A DNA stretch of 27,069 bases from Chiloscyllium plagiosum (lineage: Eukaryota): NCBI RefSeq assembly GCF_004010195.1, contig NC_057754.1, positions 1,712,823 to 1,739,891 on the forward strand, written 5' to 3'. The notes below the pieces were generated by a model. It was given only the letters and a program-made list of their open reading frames with translations. It was not told the DNA's origin and did not search any database. This document shows, piece after piece, positions 11,600 to 21,070 of the stretch (positions are counted from its first letter, which is position 1; every line of letters starts with the position of its first letter). The position numbers were made by a program, and so were the translations under genes.

Positions 11600-11870
11600 T
11601 GTATTGATGTATGAAAGGAAAAAGATATGCAAAGATAAATGTGAAACTACTACATGTAGGGACAGGAGAGCGTACAGTGAGAACAAGGAACTGTCAGGGA
11701 AACAGGAGAGTTACTTTTCAGAGTTAGAATAAATGGGGCATCCCTGTTACTAGAGGGAAGCCACAAGGATCAGTGCAGAATTGTTCACAATCTGCAAAAT
11801 GATTTGGCTATGGGGACCAATTCTAATGCTTCTAAATTTGCTGATGACATTAAATTGGTGGGAATGTAAG

Positions 11871-12069
11871 TTAGAGTCAGAGTCACACAGTATGGAAACA
11901 GATTCTTTGGTCGAATTTGATCGTACTGACCAAGTTTCCCAATCTAAACTAGTTCCACTTGCCTGTGTTTGGCTATATCCCTTATATCCCTCTAAACCTT
12001 TCCTATTCATGTACCTGTCCAAATGTCTTTTGAATATTGTAACTGTACCTGTATCCACCACTTCCCCTG
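11871..12069 (-). mobile_element. CR1 LINE 3' end inserted in the older CR1
   Basis: Minus ORF VDTGTVTIFKRHLDRYMNRKGLEGY plus a GACTCT tail. Homologous to 18420-18600. Confidence 0.85.
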
Positions 12070-12179
12070 TGTGAGAAGGATTTAAAGAGACTTCAAGACA
12101 ATGTGGGCGGGTTCAGTGAATGGGCTAGAACATGACAGGTGGCATATAATGTGAATAGTGTGGCATTAACAACATGCTG

Positions 12180-13269
12180 CATTTTTTAATGGGATAACAG
12201 GGTTGATGCAGGTTATGCAGTTGTTATCAAGTATATGAATGTACAAAATACATTTAATAAAGTTTCACACAAAAGATTTGTGAGCAAAGTTAGAACCCAT
12301 TAAATAAAAGCAACATTAGCTACATGGATGCAAAACCAGCTGAGTGACGGAAAACAGAAGAATGGATAATGGATATGTTTCAGACAGAAGGAAGGTTATA
12401 GTGTAGTTCTCCAGAATCAGTCTTTGAACCCTACCTTTTTCTAAATCACCTACACCTTTGTCATTTTAAAATTGTGCTCTGTACAACAAAGGGAATTGGA
12501 GGCATTGTGAGAAAAGTCATGTAGAATTTCCAAATGACATAGATAGGTTGGGGGAAATGGATGGACAATTGGCAGATTAAGTGATTTAGTAAAAAGAATG
12601 CAGAGAGATAATGTAATGCAACAATACAGTTATAAAACATGATATATAAACAGAGGCATCTGGATGTTTATGTGCTTAAAGCTTTTATGGTAGCAGAATA
12701 GGTTGAGAGAATGGTTACTAATGCATGTGATATAATAGGATTTATTATATAGGGACAATAACTAAAATAGCAAGAAAGTTATATTAAGCTTTTATAACAC
12801 ACTGACACAGCGTTCTGAATGCCACACTTTTGGAACGATGTGAAGGCAATAGTGAGGATGCAGAAAAGATTCTTGAGAACATTTCTGGGGATGAGGAACT
12901 TCAGTTATGTAGAGAGTTCAGAATTTGGGACTATTTTCCTTGGAGAAGCAAGATTGAGAGGAGATCTGATAGCAGGAGAAGTCTGGACAGAGCTGATGTG
13001 GAGAACCTGTTGCTATTGTGGATTAATCGAAAACCAGAGGGCTCAGATTTAAGACCATTGGGAGTAAAAGCTATGGCAGTATGAGGAAAAAGCTTTAATA
13101 GGATCTGGAATGCACTGTATCTGAGAGTATGATGGAGACAAATTCAGTTAAAAGGAATTGGATCATGTACAGGGAGAAGACAGGGATATAGGACGAGTTA
13201 AATTATTCCTTCTGAGAACCAGATTGGCAGAATGACTTCCTTCTATGCTGTAATCATTTTGTGATTCTG
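12180..13269 (+). mobile_element. Old CR1 LINE RT and 3' end relic
   Basis: Degenerate VD.G.AV..YM..Q..F.KV.HKR motif near 12200-12280, DVKAIVRMQKRFLR..GMRNFSY..RLRGDLI, and a GATTCT-type tail at about 13260. Confidence 0.75.
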
Positions 13270-13689
13270 TTAATTTCATTGCCTCGATGCTCCCAGCCAC
13301 ATAATATCTGTGTTAGTTGCTCAGCACTCAAAAAAAAATCATAAAACTCAACTGGTTTGAATGTTTTAAAGTATGAAAACAATGTTGAAGTATTTGGAAT
13401 GAATAAACTCTTTGCTACATCCTCTTCTATAATGATGGTGTGTAATAGCAAGCATGATATCTTATTTATGATTTGCAGATGAGAATCGCTTCGAATTTGA
13501 CTTTTAGCGATAATCTACACTTGTGAAGTGTAAATGAGTTATTACAGGTGTTCAGAGTTTAGCTCATTGTAACTATAGTATTTATAGATTGTCATTGATA
13601 TTCAAGTAAACTATACACTCATCTCCCATTCCCGCATTTCGATTTCTTCCATTTTGAAGATATTGACATGCTTGGAAGTGAATAGCACA

Positions 13690-13960
13690 GGTGCAGATAT
13701 CCTTCAGTGCTTTTCCCAAATGACCATTCTTCTGGTATGAGCTGGAGAGGCAGCTGGCAATTCTTTGTGAGGAGCATCACAGCTGAGACTGATCCTGTTC
13801 CATATCAGTGCTTTTCAGCAGGAATCACTGCATGTTGATGAAGGTTGGGAATCATTGCTGTTTTTTCCTTCCCTCTCCAGTCTTGAGGTACTGAGGTGTT
13901 TTGATGAAATAACTAACAGTGGAGACTCAGGGTCACCAAAGGGAACGTACTAATCTGTAT
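13690..13960 (-). mobile_element. Ancient SINE-like fragment
   Basis: Minus strand ..CAGTGATTCCTGCTGAAAAG..ACAGGATCAGTCTCAGCTGTGATGC resembles a shark SINE body, and loosely 18650-18830. Recognition only. Confidence 0.35.
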
Positions 13961-14289
13961 TTCTCAGTTTAGTTATGGCTAAATGCATTGCACTGTTAAA
14001 TATGATATTAATTCATTTTAGATCAATTATATACCTAAAGAACTTTGCATGGTTTACTATGGTGTTTTGTTTTTAACCTTTTGAGATCTAGTGTCTAATT
14101 GTATTTATTCTGTAGCTAATTTAACCTTCTGAGGACTGTGGTGGTGTTCCAACCCTGACTTGCCGCATCAGGATGCACACGTTTGTGCAAAGTCACACTG
14201 TCATTTGTTTTATTCCTACTGTACTGAATGTGGAGTCAATCTGTTTATAATATCCCATTCCTGTCTTCCTAACTTAATGCATCATGCAC

Positions 14290-14930
14290 CTGTAGATTCT
14301 TAACCATATCTACATGACTTCCCCTCTGAACTGACAGCTTGCTGCCTTCCTAGAATGAGTCAGACTTGTCAACAGCCCTGACCTGCTCGGCACCTTGCTC
14401 CTGCTCATAAACTCTATTGTTTCCATACTGGATGCTGTCATCCCTACCTCCTTTCTAGATGGTTTCCCTTGCTACTTTCCCATGAGGAAAATAAGTCACA
14501 AATGTCTTCTCAAGTTTACAGGTTTAACACTAGATTTCACCCAACTGACTGTTCACTGCCAATCCTTTTTGATCACCTCAAACAGAATAGCTAATCTTAC
14601 TTAAAGAGTAAATCTGTCTTTTCATGATCCTGGAAGGCAAGGACAATCTCAAAATCATCTTCTCCTCCATTAACTACCTTCTCTATGAAATATCCAGCCA
14701 TGCATCGCAAATCCAAATCCACATCCTTTGACTCTGGATCATCACTTGTCTCTCAACTCCATTCAACTTCATCCAACTCTGTCATTGGAGTCTAATTCAC
14801 AAGACATTATACACTTATCTTCTGGAGATCCAGGCTTAAATAACCACTCCTTGACTTCCTATCCTATCTTCTGTGTCTCCTGCCTCCTAAACTTTAACAT
14901 TGCTGCTCAACATCTGCCACTGTTCTGTAA
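14290..14930 (+). mobile_element. Highly decayed L2-type ORF2 fragment
   Basis: C/T-rich strand bias. MILEGKDNLKIIFSSINYLL near 14624 resembles the L2 ORF2 linker region. Confidence 0.4.
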
Positions 14931-15264
14931 AACACAGTGAAATTTCTTGAGGAACTGTGGATTGTTGATACTGTGATAATCATTTATGAGGATATAGTGA
15001 AAAGTGCCCAAGTCTCATATTAAGTTACAATCAAACTTTCCAACTTTGAAATTTTAGATGGTGCTTCTTTTGATATACATGCACTACTCAGTGAGTACTT
15101 GCCTGGACTTGGGAAGAAAGGTTCTGTCCAGTTTTCCATTCCTGATCATTATGCAGTGAGCACTGATTAAAAGTAGGGGCTTGTGGATATTACGTAAGAA
15201 CAAAGTGGATTTGACTTTAATTCCTTGCTGCAATATCAATGACTTATTGATACTCACTGTTTCT

Positions 15265-15850
15265 CCTCGGTTTGTTCGTTTATTCTTTGTTTTCTTGTCT
15301 TCTGGCCTCTGGCGAAGAGCTGGACACTGTTCTACCCTAGCCCAGGGTCTCCCGGCAAGTATGGAACAGATCCCAAGCTGACACCCCCAGCCTGGACTCA
15401 CAGGCTAGGCTGAAGCTCCAGCTCCACAGCTAGGCCCGGCGCATGAAGGAGGAGAAGGGCAGCCTCGGACTGATGTGGCGGTCTCATCCCCTGAGGAGGT
15501 CCTGCTCCATGCGGAGGTCTCCTTCATCTTTGGTATCCAAGTGTTCCAGCGGCCCGGCAGGCGGTCTCATGCAGGAGAGGCGATCTTGACTCTGCATGGC
15601 GGTCTTCTTTGACAGAGGCTTTTGGCCTAGTATCTACCGCCCCTGCGTGGCGGTCTTGCCCTGGCTGCATCTTCATGGTACTCCATCGTTTCCCCAAGCC
15701 CAGGGGCCGTCAACTGAACTGTGATGAGCTCTGTCTTTGTTTGACTATTTTTAATGCTGTATGACTTCTGTCATTGATGTAGGCGCTGCGATGCGCTGAT
15801 TTAGAAAACTTTTCATGTGAAAGTACACGTGACAATAAATTTCTATTCTG
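15265..15850 (+). mobile_element. GC/CpG-rich non-autonomous retroposon with Rex1/Babar-like tail
   Basis: Sharp rise in GC and CpG. Ends CTTTTCA..GTACACGTGACAATAAA followed by TTCTATTCT. No ORF with LINE motifs. 5' end approximate. Confidence 0.5.
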
Positions 15851-15872
15851 TAAATTTCTAAGCTACTCTGAA

Positions 15873-16026
15873 TTGGAGAAAATAATCTAGAATGGACAGT
15901 GCTGGTGGGATGGTGTCAGGGTGGACAAAGTAATCTTGAATAGACAGTACTGTTGGGGTGGTGTTCCAGGTTGGACAAAGTAATCTAGGATGGCTAGTGC
16001 TGGTGGAGTGTTCCAGGTTGTGTCAA
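15873..16026. repeat. Minisatellite, about 3 copies of a 48-50 bp unit
   Basis: TAATCT anchors at 15883, 15931 and 15981. Unit is approximately AGTAATCTAGAATGGACAGTGCTGGTGGG.TGGTGTTCCAGGTTGGACAA. Confidence 0.85.
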
Positions 16027-16850
16027 TGCTTTGGGAAGGGACAGAGAATGAAAATTGCAATAATACTTGTTTCAAAAGAATGGCAAAACCTTTGATGAAG
16101 TGTATCAAACCTCAGAATAACTTGTGGCTGCAGTTCTCTCTCCTCTCCTGTTCATGCCACCTTGTTCCTTTGCAGTTTTAATTTAAGAGCTGACCAATGC
16201 TTAAATCATTTGCTGAATTTTGCAGCCATTCTTGTACAGTTAACACAGTAGTAACCTGAGACAGCAGCTCCTTGACACAACAGTGTATTACATGAAATCC
16301 CTCACACACGTACTCAGGTGAAGGGACCTTGAACTCTAATGGAAATCATTGTCGCACAAAAACAAAGTTTAGTGTTTAAAGTGTGCTTCAAAATATTCCA
16401 TAAAGTCCAAGGATTATATGTGAATTTGACATTTCAAAGCCACAAACTTGCTATGAGTACTCTGCATTGTAGATGCAGCAAAAAAACACAGGAATTGTTC
16501 TTTATCCAGCCATGTTCAAATGCTTGAATGTTTTGGGGTTTGTTCTGAGTGAACTTTTAACTAGAATATTTATTTATTATTTGAATATAGGTTTTTATTA
16601 AATATATATTTGCTTGTTACTGGCCTTTTGTGCTTTGCCTGCTTCATCTGCTGATAATACAGAGGTTAGAAACCATGGAAAATAACTGAGCTCATTGCCT
16701 TGAGCAAACTAACCAGCCTTTATCAAGTCAAATGCTTTCATAATGGAAAGCTATATGAATATTTGTTTTTTGAAGTAGGTTAAGAATCAGAGTAGGGAAA
16801 TATACAATTAGCAGGACTGCAGCTTCCTACACAGCTCTTTTTTATGACAG

Positions 16851-17064
16851 GAGAAAGTGGGGACTGCAGATGCTGGAGATCAGAGCTGAAAATGTGTTGC
16901 TGGAAAAGCGCAGCAGGTCAGGCAGCATCCAGGGAACAGGAGAATCGATGTTTCGGGCATAAGCCCTTCTCCTGAAGAAGGGCTTATGCCCGAAATGTCG
17001 ATTCTCCTGTTCCCTGGATGCTGCCTGACCTGCTGCGCTTTTCCAACAACACATTTTCAGCTCT
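16851..17064. mobile_element. Palindromic Penelope-like pseudo-LTR insertion with 19-bp target duplication
   Basis: Arms 16882-16970 and 16976-17064 are reverse complements (86/89) around a 5-nt loop. Perfect direct repeat CAGCTCTTTTTTATGACAG at 16832-16850 and 17058-17076. Confidence 0.9.
16968..17005 (+). ncRNA. Minimal hammerhead ribozyme motif (CpG-decayed helix III)
   Basis: CTGAAGA(16972-16978)-A-GGGC-TTAT-GCCC-GAAA-TG-TC. The ACGT palindrome has become ATGT and the helix I 5' strand is altered. Confidence 0.55.
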
Positions 17065-17244
17065 TTTTTATGACAGCTGACTGAAACTGCTATTACACTC
17101 AGACTCATTTAGTTTGGATTGCAGGAGACTGATATCCATGTACTGGTTCCCTGCCTTCACTTCATTAAATCTATCTCCTTTATCCCAGGGGCAGAACTGT
17201 AGATCCATGAAACTGTAGATCTTAAGAGCAGTCTCCCAGAATCT

Positions 17245-18602
17245 TGCAAAATGTCCAGATTACAGAGGAGGAAGTGCTGGATGTCTTGAAACGGTTAAAG
17301 GTGGATAAATCCCCAGGACCTGATCAGGTGTACCTGAGAACTCTGTGGGAAGCTAGTGAAGTGATTGCTGGGCCTCGCTGAGATATTTATATCATCGATA
17401 GTCACAGGTGAGGTGCCAGAAGATTGGAGGTTGGCAAACGTGGTGCCACTGTTTAAGAAGGGCGGTAAAGACAAGCCAGGGAACTATAGAGCTGTGAGCC
17501 TGACCTTGGTGGTGGGCAAGTTGTTGGAGGGAATCCTGAGGGACAGGATGTACACATGTATTTGGAAAGGCAAGGACTGATTCGGAATAGTCAAAATGAC
17601 TTTGTGCGTGGGAAATCGTGTCTCTCAAACTTGATTGAGTTTTTTGAAGAACAAAGAAGATTGATGAGGGCAGAGCAGTAGTTGTGATCTATATGGACTT
17701 CAGTAAGGCGTTTGACAAGGTTCCCCATGGGAGACTGATTAGCAAGGTTAGATCTCATGGAATACGAGGAGAACTAGCCATTTGGTACAGAATTGGCTCA
17801 AAGGTAGAAGACAGAGGGTGGTGGTGGAGGGTTGTTTTTCAGACTGGAGGCCTGTGACCAGTGGAGTGCCACAAGAATCGGTGCTGGGCCCTCTACTTTT
17901 TGTCATTTACATAAATGATTTGGATGCGAGCATAAAAGGTACAGTTAGTAAGTTTGCAGATGACACCAAAATTGGAGGTGTAGTGGACAGCAAAGGGGGT
18001 TACCTCAGATTACAACAGGATCTGGACCAAATGGGCCAATGGGCTGAGAAGTGGCAGATGGAGTTTAATTCAGATAAATGCAAGGTGCTNNNNNNNNNNN
18101 NNNNNNNNNNNNNNNNNNNNNNNNNNNNNNNNNNNNNNNNNNNNNNNNNNNNNNNNNNNNNNNNNNNNNNNNNNNNNNNNNNNNNNNNNNNNNNNNNNNN
18201 NNNNNNNNNNNNNNNNNNNNNNNNNNNNNNNNNNNNNNNNNNNNNNNNNNNNNNNNNNNNNNNNNNNNNNNNNNNNNNNNNNNNNNNNNNNNNNNNNNNN
18301 NNNNNNNNNNNNNNNNNNNNNNNNNNNNNNNNNNNNNNNNNNNNNNNNNNNNNNNNNNNNNNNNNNNNNNNNNNNNNGCAGAGGGTGGTACGTGTATGGA
18401 ATGAGCTGCCAGAGGATGTGGTGGAGGCTGGTACAATTGCAACACTTAAGAGGCATTTGGATGGGTATATGATTAGGAAGGGTTTGGAGGGATATGGGCC
18501 GGGTGCTGGCAGGTGGGACTAGATTGGGTTGAGATATCTGGTCTGCATGGACAGGTTGGACCGAAGGGTCTGTTTCCATGCTGCACATCTCTGTGACTGT
18601 GT
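17245..18602 (+). mobile_element. Young 5'-truncated CR1 LINE (RT domain and 3' UTR), disrupted
   Basis: KSPGPDQ, VPEDWRLANVVPLFKKGGKDKPGNYR, YMDFSKAFDKVPH, SGVPQESVLGPLLFVIYINDL, SKFADDTK, WQMEFN and a GACT tail. Frameshifts near 17374 and 17555. Confidence 0.95.
18090..18377. other. Assembly gap (288 N) inside the CR1
   Basis: Run of N. ORFs spanning it are artefactual. Confidence 0.99.
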
Positions 18603-18849
18603 AAAAACAGCTTAACTTGACTACTTGGTGACATGAGAACATTCTAGATATCATCCCTGATCTGCGCTGCGCTGAGCTGGCTGCTCTTCACCAGGATTGT
18701 GGTCAGGACTTTACAACTCACATTGGACGACCTTGGAAAATCACCTGAGGTTCCTGTTTGGAATTGCATGTTAGGCAAAGGATTGAGTTTAATTTATTGT
18801 CCTTGGTTGCACTGAGTGGTCTCTCATGAAAATAATTATTTTGGGGATT

Positions 18850-19410
18850 TTAAGACGAGAGGGCATATTTTTAAGGTGACAGGAGACAGATTTTAAAAAG
18901 AAACAGGGCAATTTTATTTACACAGAGAGTGGTTCATGAGTGGAATGATCTTCCAGAGGAAGTGATGGTTACAGGTACAGTTGCAATGTTTAAAGACATT
19001 CACATAAGACATTTCGATTCCAGCCTTGGGCGACTGTCTGTGTGGAGTTTGCACATTCTCCTGCATCTGTGTGGGTTTGCTCCGGTTTCCTCCCACAATC
19101 CAAAGTTGTGCGGTGAATTGGCCATTCTAAATTGCCCATAGCGTTCAGGGATGTGTAGGTTAGGTGCATTGGTCAGGGATAAATATAGGGGAATGGGTCT
19201 GGGGGAGATAGTGTTCGGAGGGTCGGTGTGCACTTGCTGAGCTGAAAGGCTTGTTTCCACTCTGTAGGGATTCTGTTCTAAGTACATGAATAAGAAATGG
19301 TTCAGAGGGATATGGGCCAAATGCAGGCAGGTAGGACTGGTTTAGTTTGGGATTATGGCTGGCATGGACTGGTTGGACCGAAGGGCCTATTTCTATGCTG
19401 TATGACTCTT
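18850..19410 (+). mobile_element. CR1 3' end fragment, interrupted by a SINE
   Basis: TRGH, QRVVHEWNDLPEEV..GTV..FK before about 19000. Resumes as YMNKK..EGYGPNAG near 19283 and ends GACTCT. Confidence 0.85.
19012..19280 (+). mobile_element. 5'-truncated V-SINE (HE1-like)
   Basis: Partial B box TTCGATTCC, V-domain GTCTGTGTGGAGTTTGCACATTCTCC..GGTTTCCTCCCACA, and a CR1-like tail ending GGGATTCTGTTCT. Confidence 0.85.
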
Positions 19411-19569
19411 GGGTGCAGTTGTGAAGACATCTGGTGCCCTTGGAAACATATCAAGGCAACAGTCAGAATCTACAGACGGTAGGTAATTAGTGCTCATTAA
19501 AAAGTAAAGTTCTGCTGTAATTCCTTTCGTTCATTTTAATAATGCAGTTATTTCTCCTTTGTTGAGGAA

Positions 19570-20222
19570 TGTTTCCATTTTAAAAAACCTACTTGTTTTC
19601 AAATTCCTCCAAGGCCTCAAACTTTTCCCCACCTTTATAACTTTTCCAGCCCTGACACCCCTCCCTATCTCTATAAACTCCACCAGCACCTATAACCCTT
19701 CCTATGTCTGTAACTCCTCCAGCCTTCTACACTCCTCCCTATTTCTGTAACTTCCTCCAGCCCTGACACCCCTCCTTATCTCTAACCCCCTCCATCCCCT
19801 ACACACCCCCATATCTGTAAGCTCCTCCAGCCCTGACATCCCTCTAGCCCCTACACCCCTCCATCTCTGTAACCCCTCTCCAACCCCTACACCCCTTCCC
19901 TATCTTTGTAAACCCTCTCCAGCCTGTTAGAGCCCTTCAAGATCTTTGGATTCTCCAATTTCAGCTTTTCAAGTCTCCCTAATTTGAATCACCTTTTCTT
20001 TGGTAGCTGTGCCAAAGCACTATGCTCCAGAATGCACTCCTAAACCACCTCACCACTCTACCTGTTTTCTGACTCAAGCTGTGCCTTAAAACCTGCTGAT
20101 ATTTACCCATTTTACTTCAGTTTCTCTTGATGTGAATTCATTGTCGATTTTGTTTGATGGCACTCATATTAAGTGCCTTTTAACATTTTGCTATGTTAAA
20201 TATACCTTATAAATTAAAGTTG
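19570..20222 (+). mobile_element. L2-type LINE 3' end with internal minisatellite
   Basis: LLVFKFLQGL..PYL (L2 ORF2 C-terminus), CACTCCTAAACC..CCTTAAAACCT, and tail TATGTTAAA..TATAAAT..AAGTTG. Confidence 0.7.
19627..19925. repeat. C-rich minisatellite, about 8-9 copies of a 35-37 bp unit
   Basis: Unit is approximately CCCCTCCCTATCTCTGTAACCTCCTCCAGCCCCTACA, with degenerate copies. Confidence 0.85.
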
Positions 20223-21004
20223 AATTCCACTCTTGCTTATTGATATATGATTTGTTAAATAGTTTAACCTTACTGTGTAATCTATCTTGCAATGCAGACT
20301 ATCTTCAACTGCTTTCCATATTAGAAAGCTTAGTTGGGCATTGCTTTGTCCATTGATGGTCATGATTCCACCAGCAGTGCTGAATGTGCCCACATCAACC
20401 CAACCTGTCCATGTCAGTTTTTATACTTGACTCTCCCATCTTTTCTTACCTAAATCTACCTTTCTGAGGGAGCAAGGCTCCATCATTGCCACCTCTGCCT
20501 CCCACTGCACCTCCATCATGGAGCTTTCTTGGCCACAGCTGTGGATGTGAATGTTTGGGGTTCCTCTGCCTCTTCCTAACCTATTTGGGAGCTGTAAGTC
20601 TGAGAATCTGACCGCTGAAGCCTATGAATCCTTGAGCACCATGGATGCGGATTAAGGATAATTCAATTCTTTACCTCTGGTTATGAAGAATGACCGAAGA
20701 GCAGAGTTCTGAACCTCGGCATAATTCAGTGCATTCAGAAGAGAAGAGAAGAAAAAGAGAGAGGATTCTGGTAATAATCATTAAGATGTTGTCAGGGAAA
20801 CAGGGCAGTGGTGATTCCCGCATTTGGTTTTGTAAATTGTATAATTTATTTAAACTACCAGGTTATTTGAGTATGAAAGATACATAAAATATACAAAGTC
20901 ATCTTTAAGCTTTGACTTTCATATCTCTGCATTATTTTATGCAATTTATTTTTGTTTAGTTCTGTCAAATCTTGATGCAATGCCTGTGCTAAAGCTACCC
21001 CATC

Positions 21005-21070
21005 ATGAGATTCAGTTTTGACAAAATCATTATGAGTCATGTTCCTGTTCAATAACATCATCACTCTCAT
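21005..21070 (-). ncRNA. Candidate C/D-box snoRNA-like sequence
   Basis: Minus strand ATGAGA-GTGATGA(C)-17 nt-ATGA(D')-CTC-ATAATGA(C')-11 nt-CTGA(D)-A-TCTCAT, with a 6-bp terminal stem, in non-repetitive-looking DNA. No target recognised. Confidence 0.35.

Larger units (their letters stand above)
10062..12170 (+). mobile_element. Old CR1 LINE ORF2 relic, split by three later insertions
   Basis: LSDHNMIEF (end of APE endonuclease) near 10066, a PLWLT..VRNCIK-like stretch near 11176, and SKFADD at about 11832-11849, continuing after 12070. Many stops and frameshifts. Confidence 0.65.

Noticed and set aside
15873..16026. CRISPR-like array
   Set aside because: The whole unit repeats with no unique spacers, there are no cas genes, and the context is eukaryotic.
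16882..17064. pre-miRNA gene or rho-independent terminator (hairpin followed by T6)
   Set aside because: The hairpin is an inverted repeat-element duplication and the T-run belongs to the target duplication.
17195..17221. AACTGTAGATC duplication
   Set aside because: Simple local slippage, not the target duplication of the adjacent CR1.
17782..18654. Longest ORFs (246, 194, 126 and 108 aa)
   Set aside because: Their length is inflated by the N gap. The real parts are disrupted CR1 ORF2 or its antisense.
20675..20765. Minus-strand micro-exon (AG|GTAAAG donor, upstream pyrimidine tract)
   Set aside because: The tract is separated from the AG, the acceptor is ambiguous and the peptide is unrecognised.
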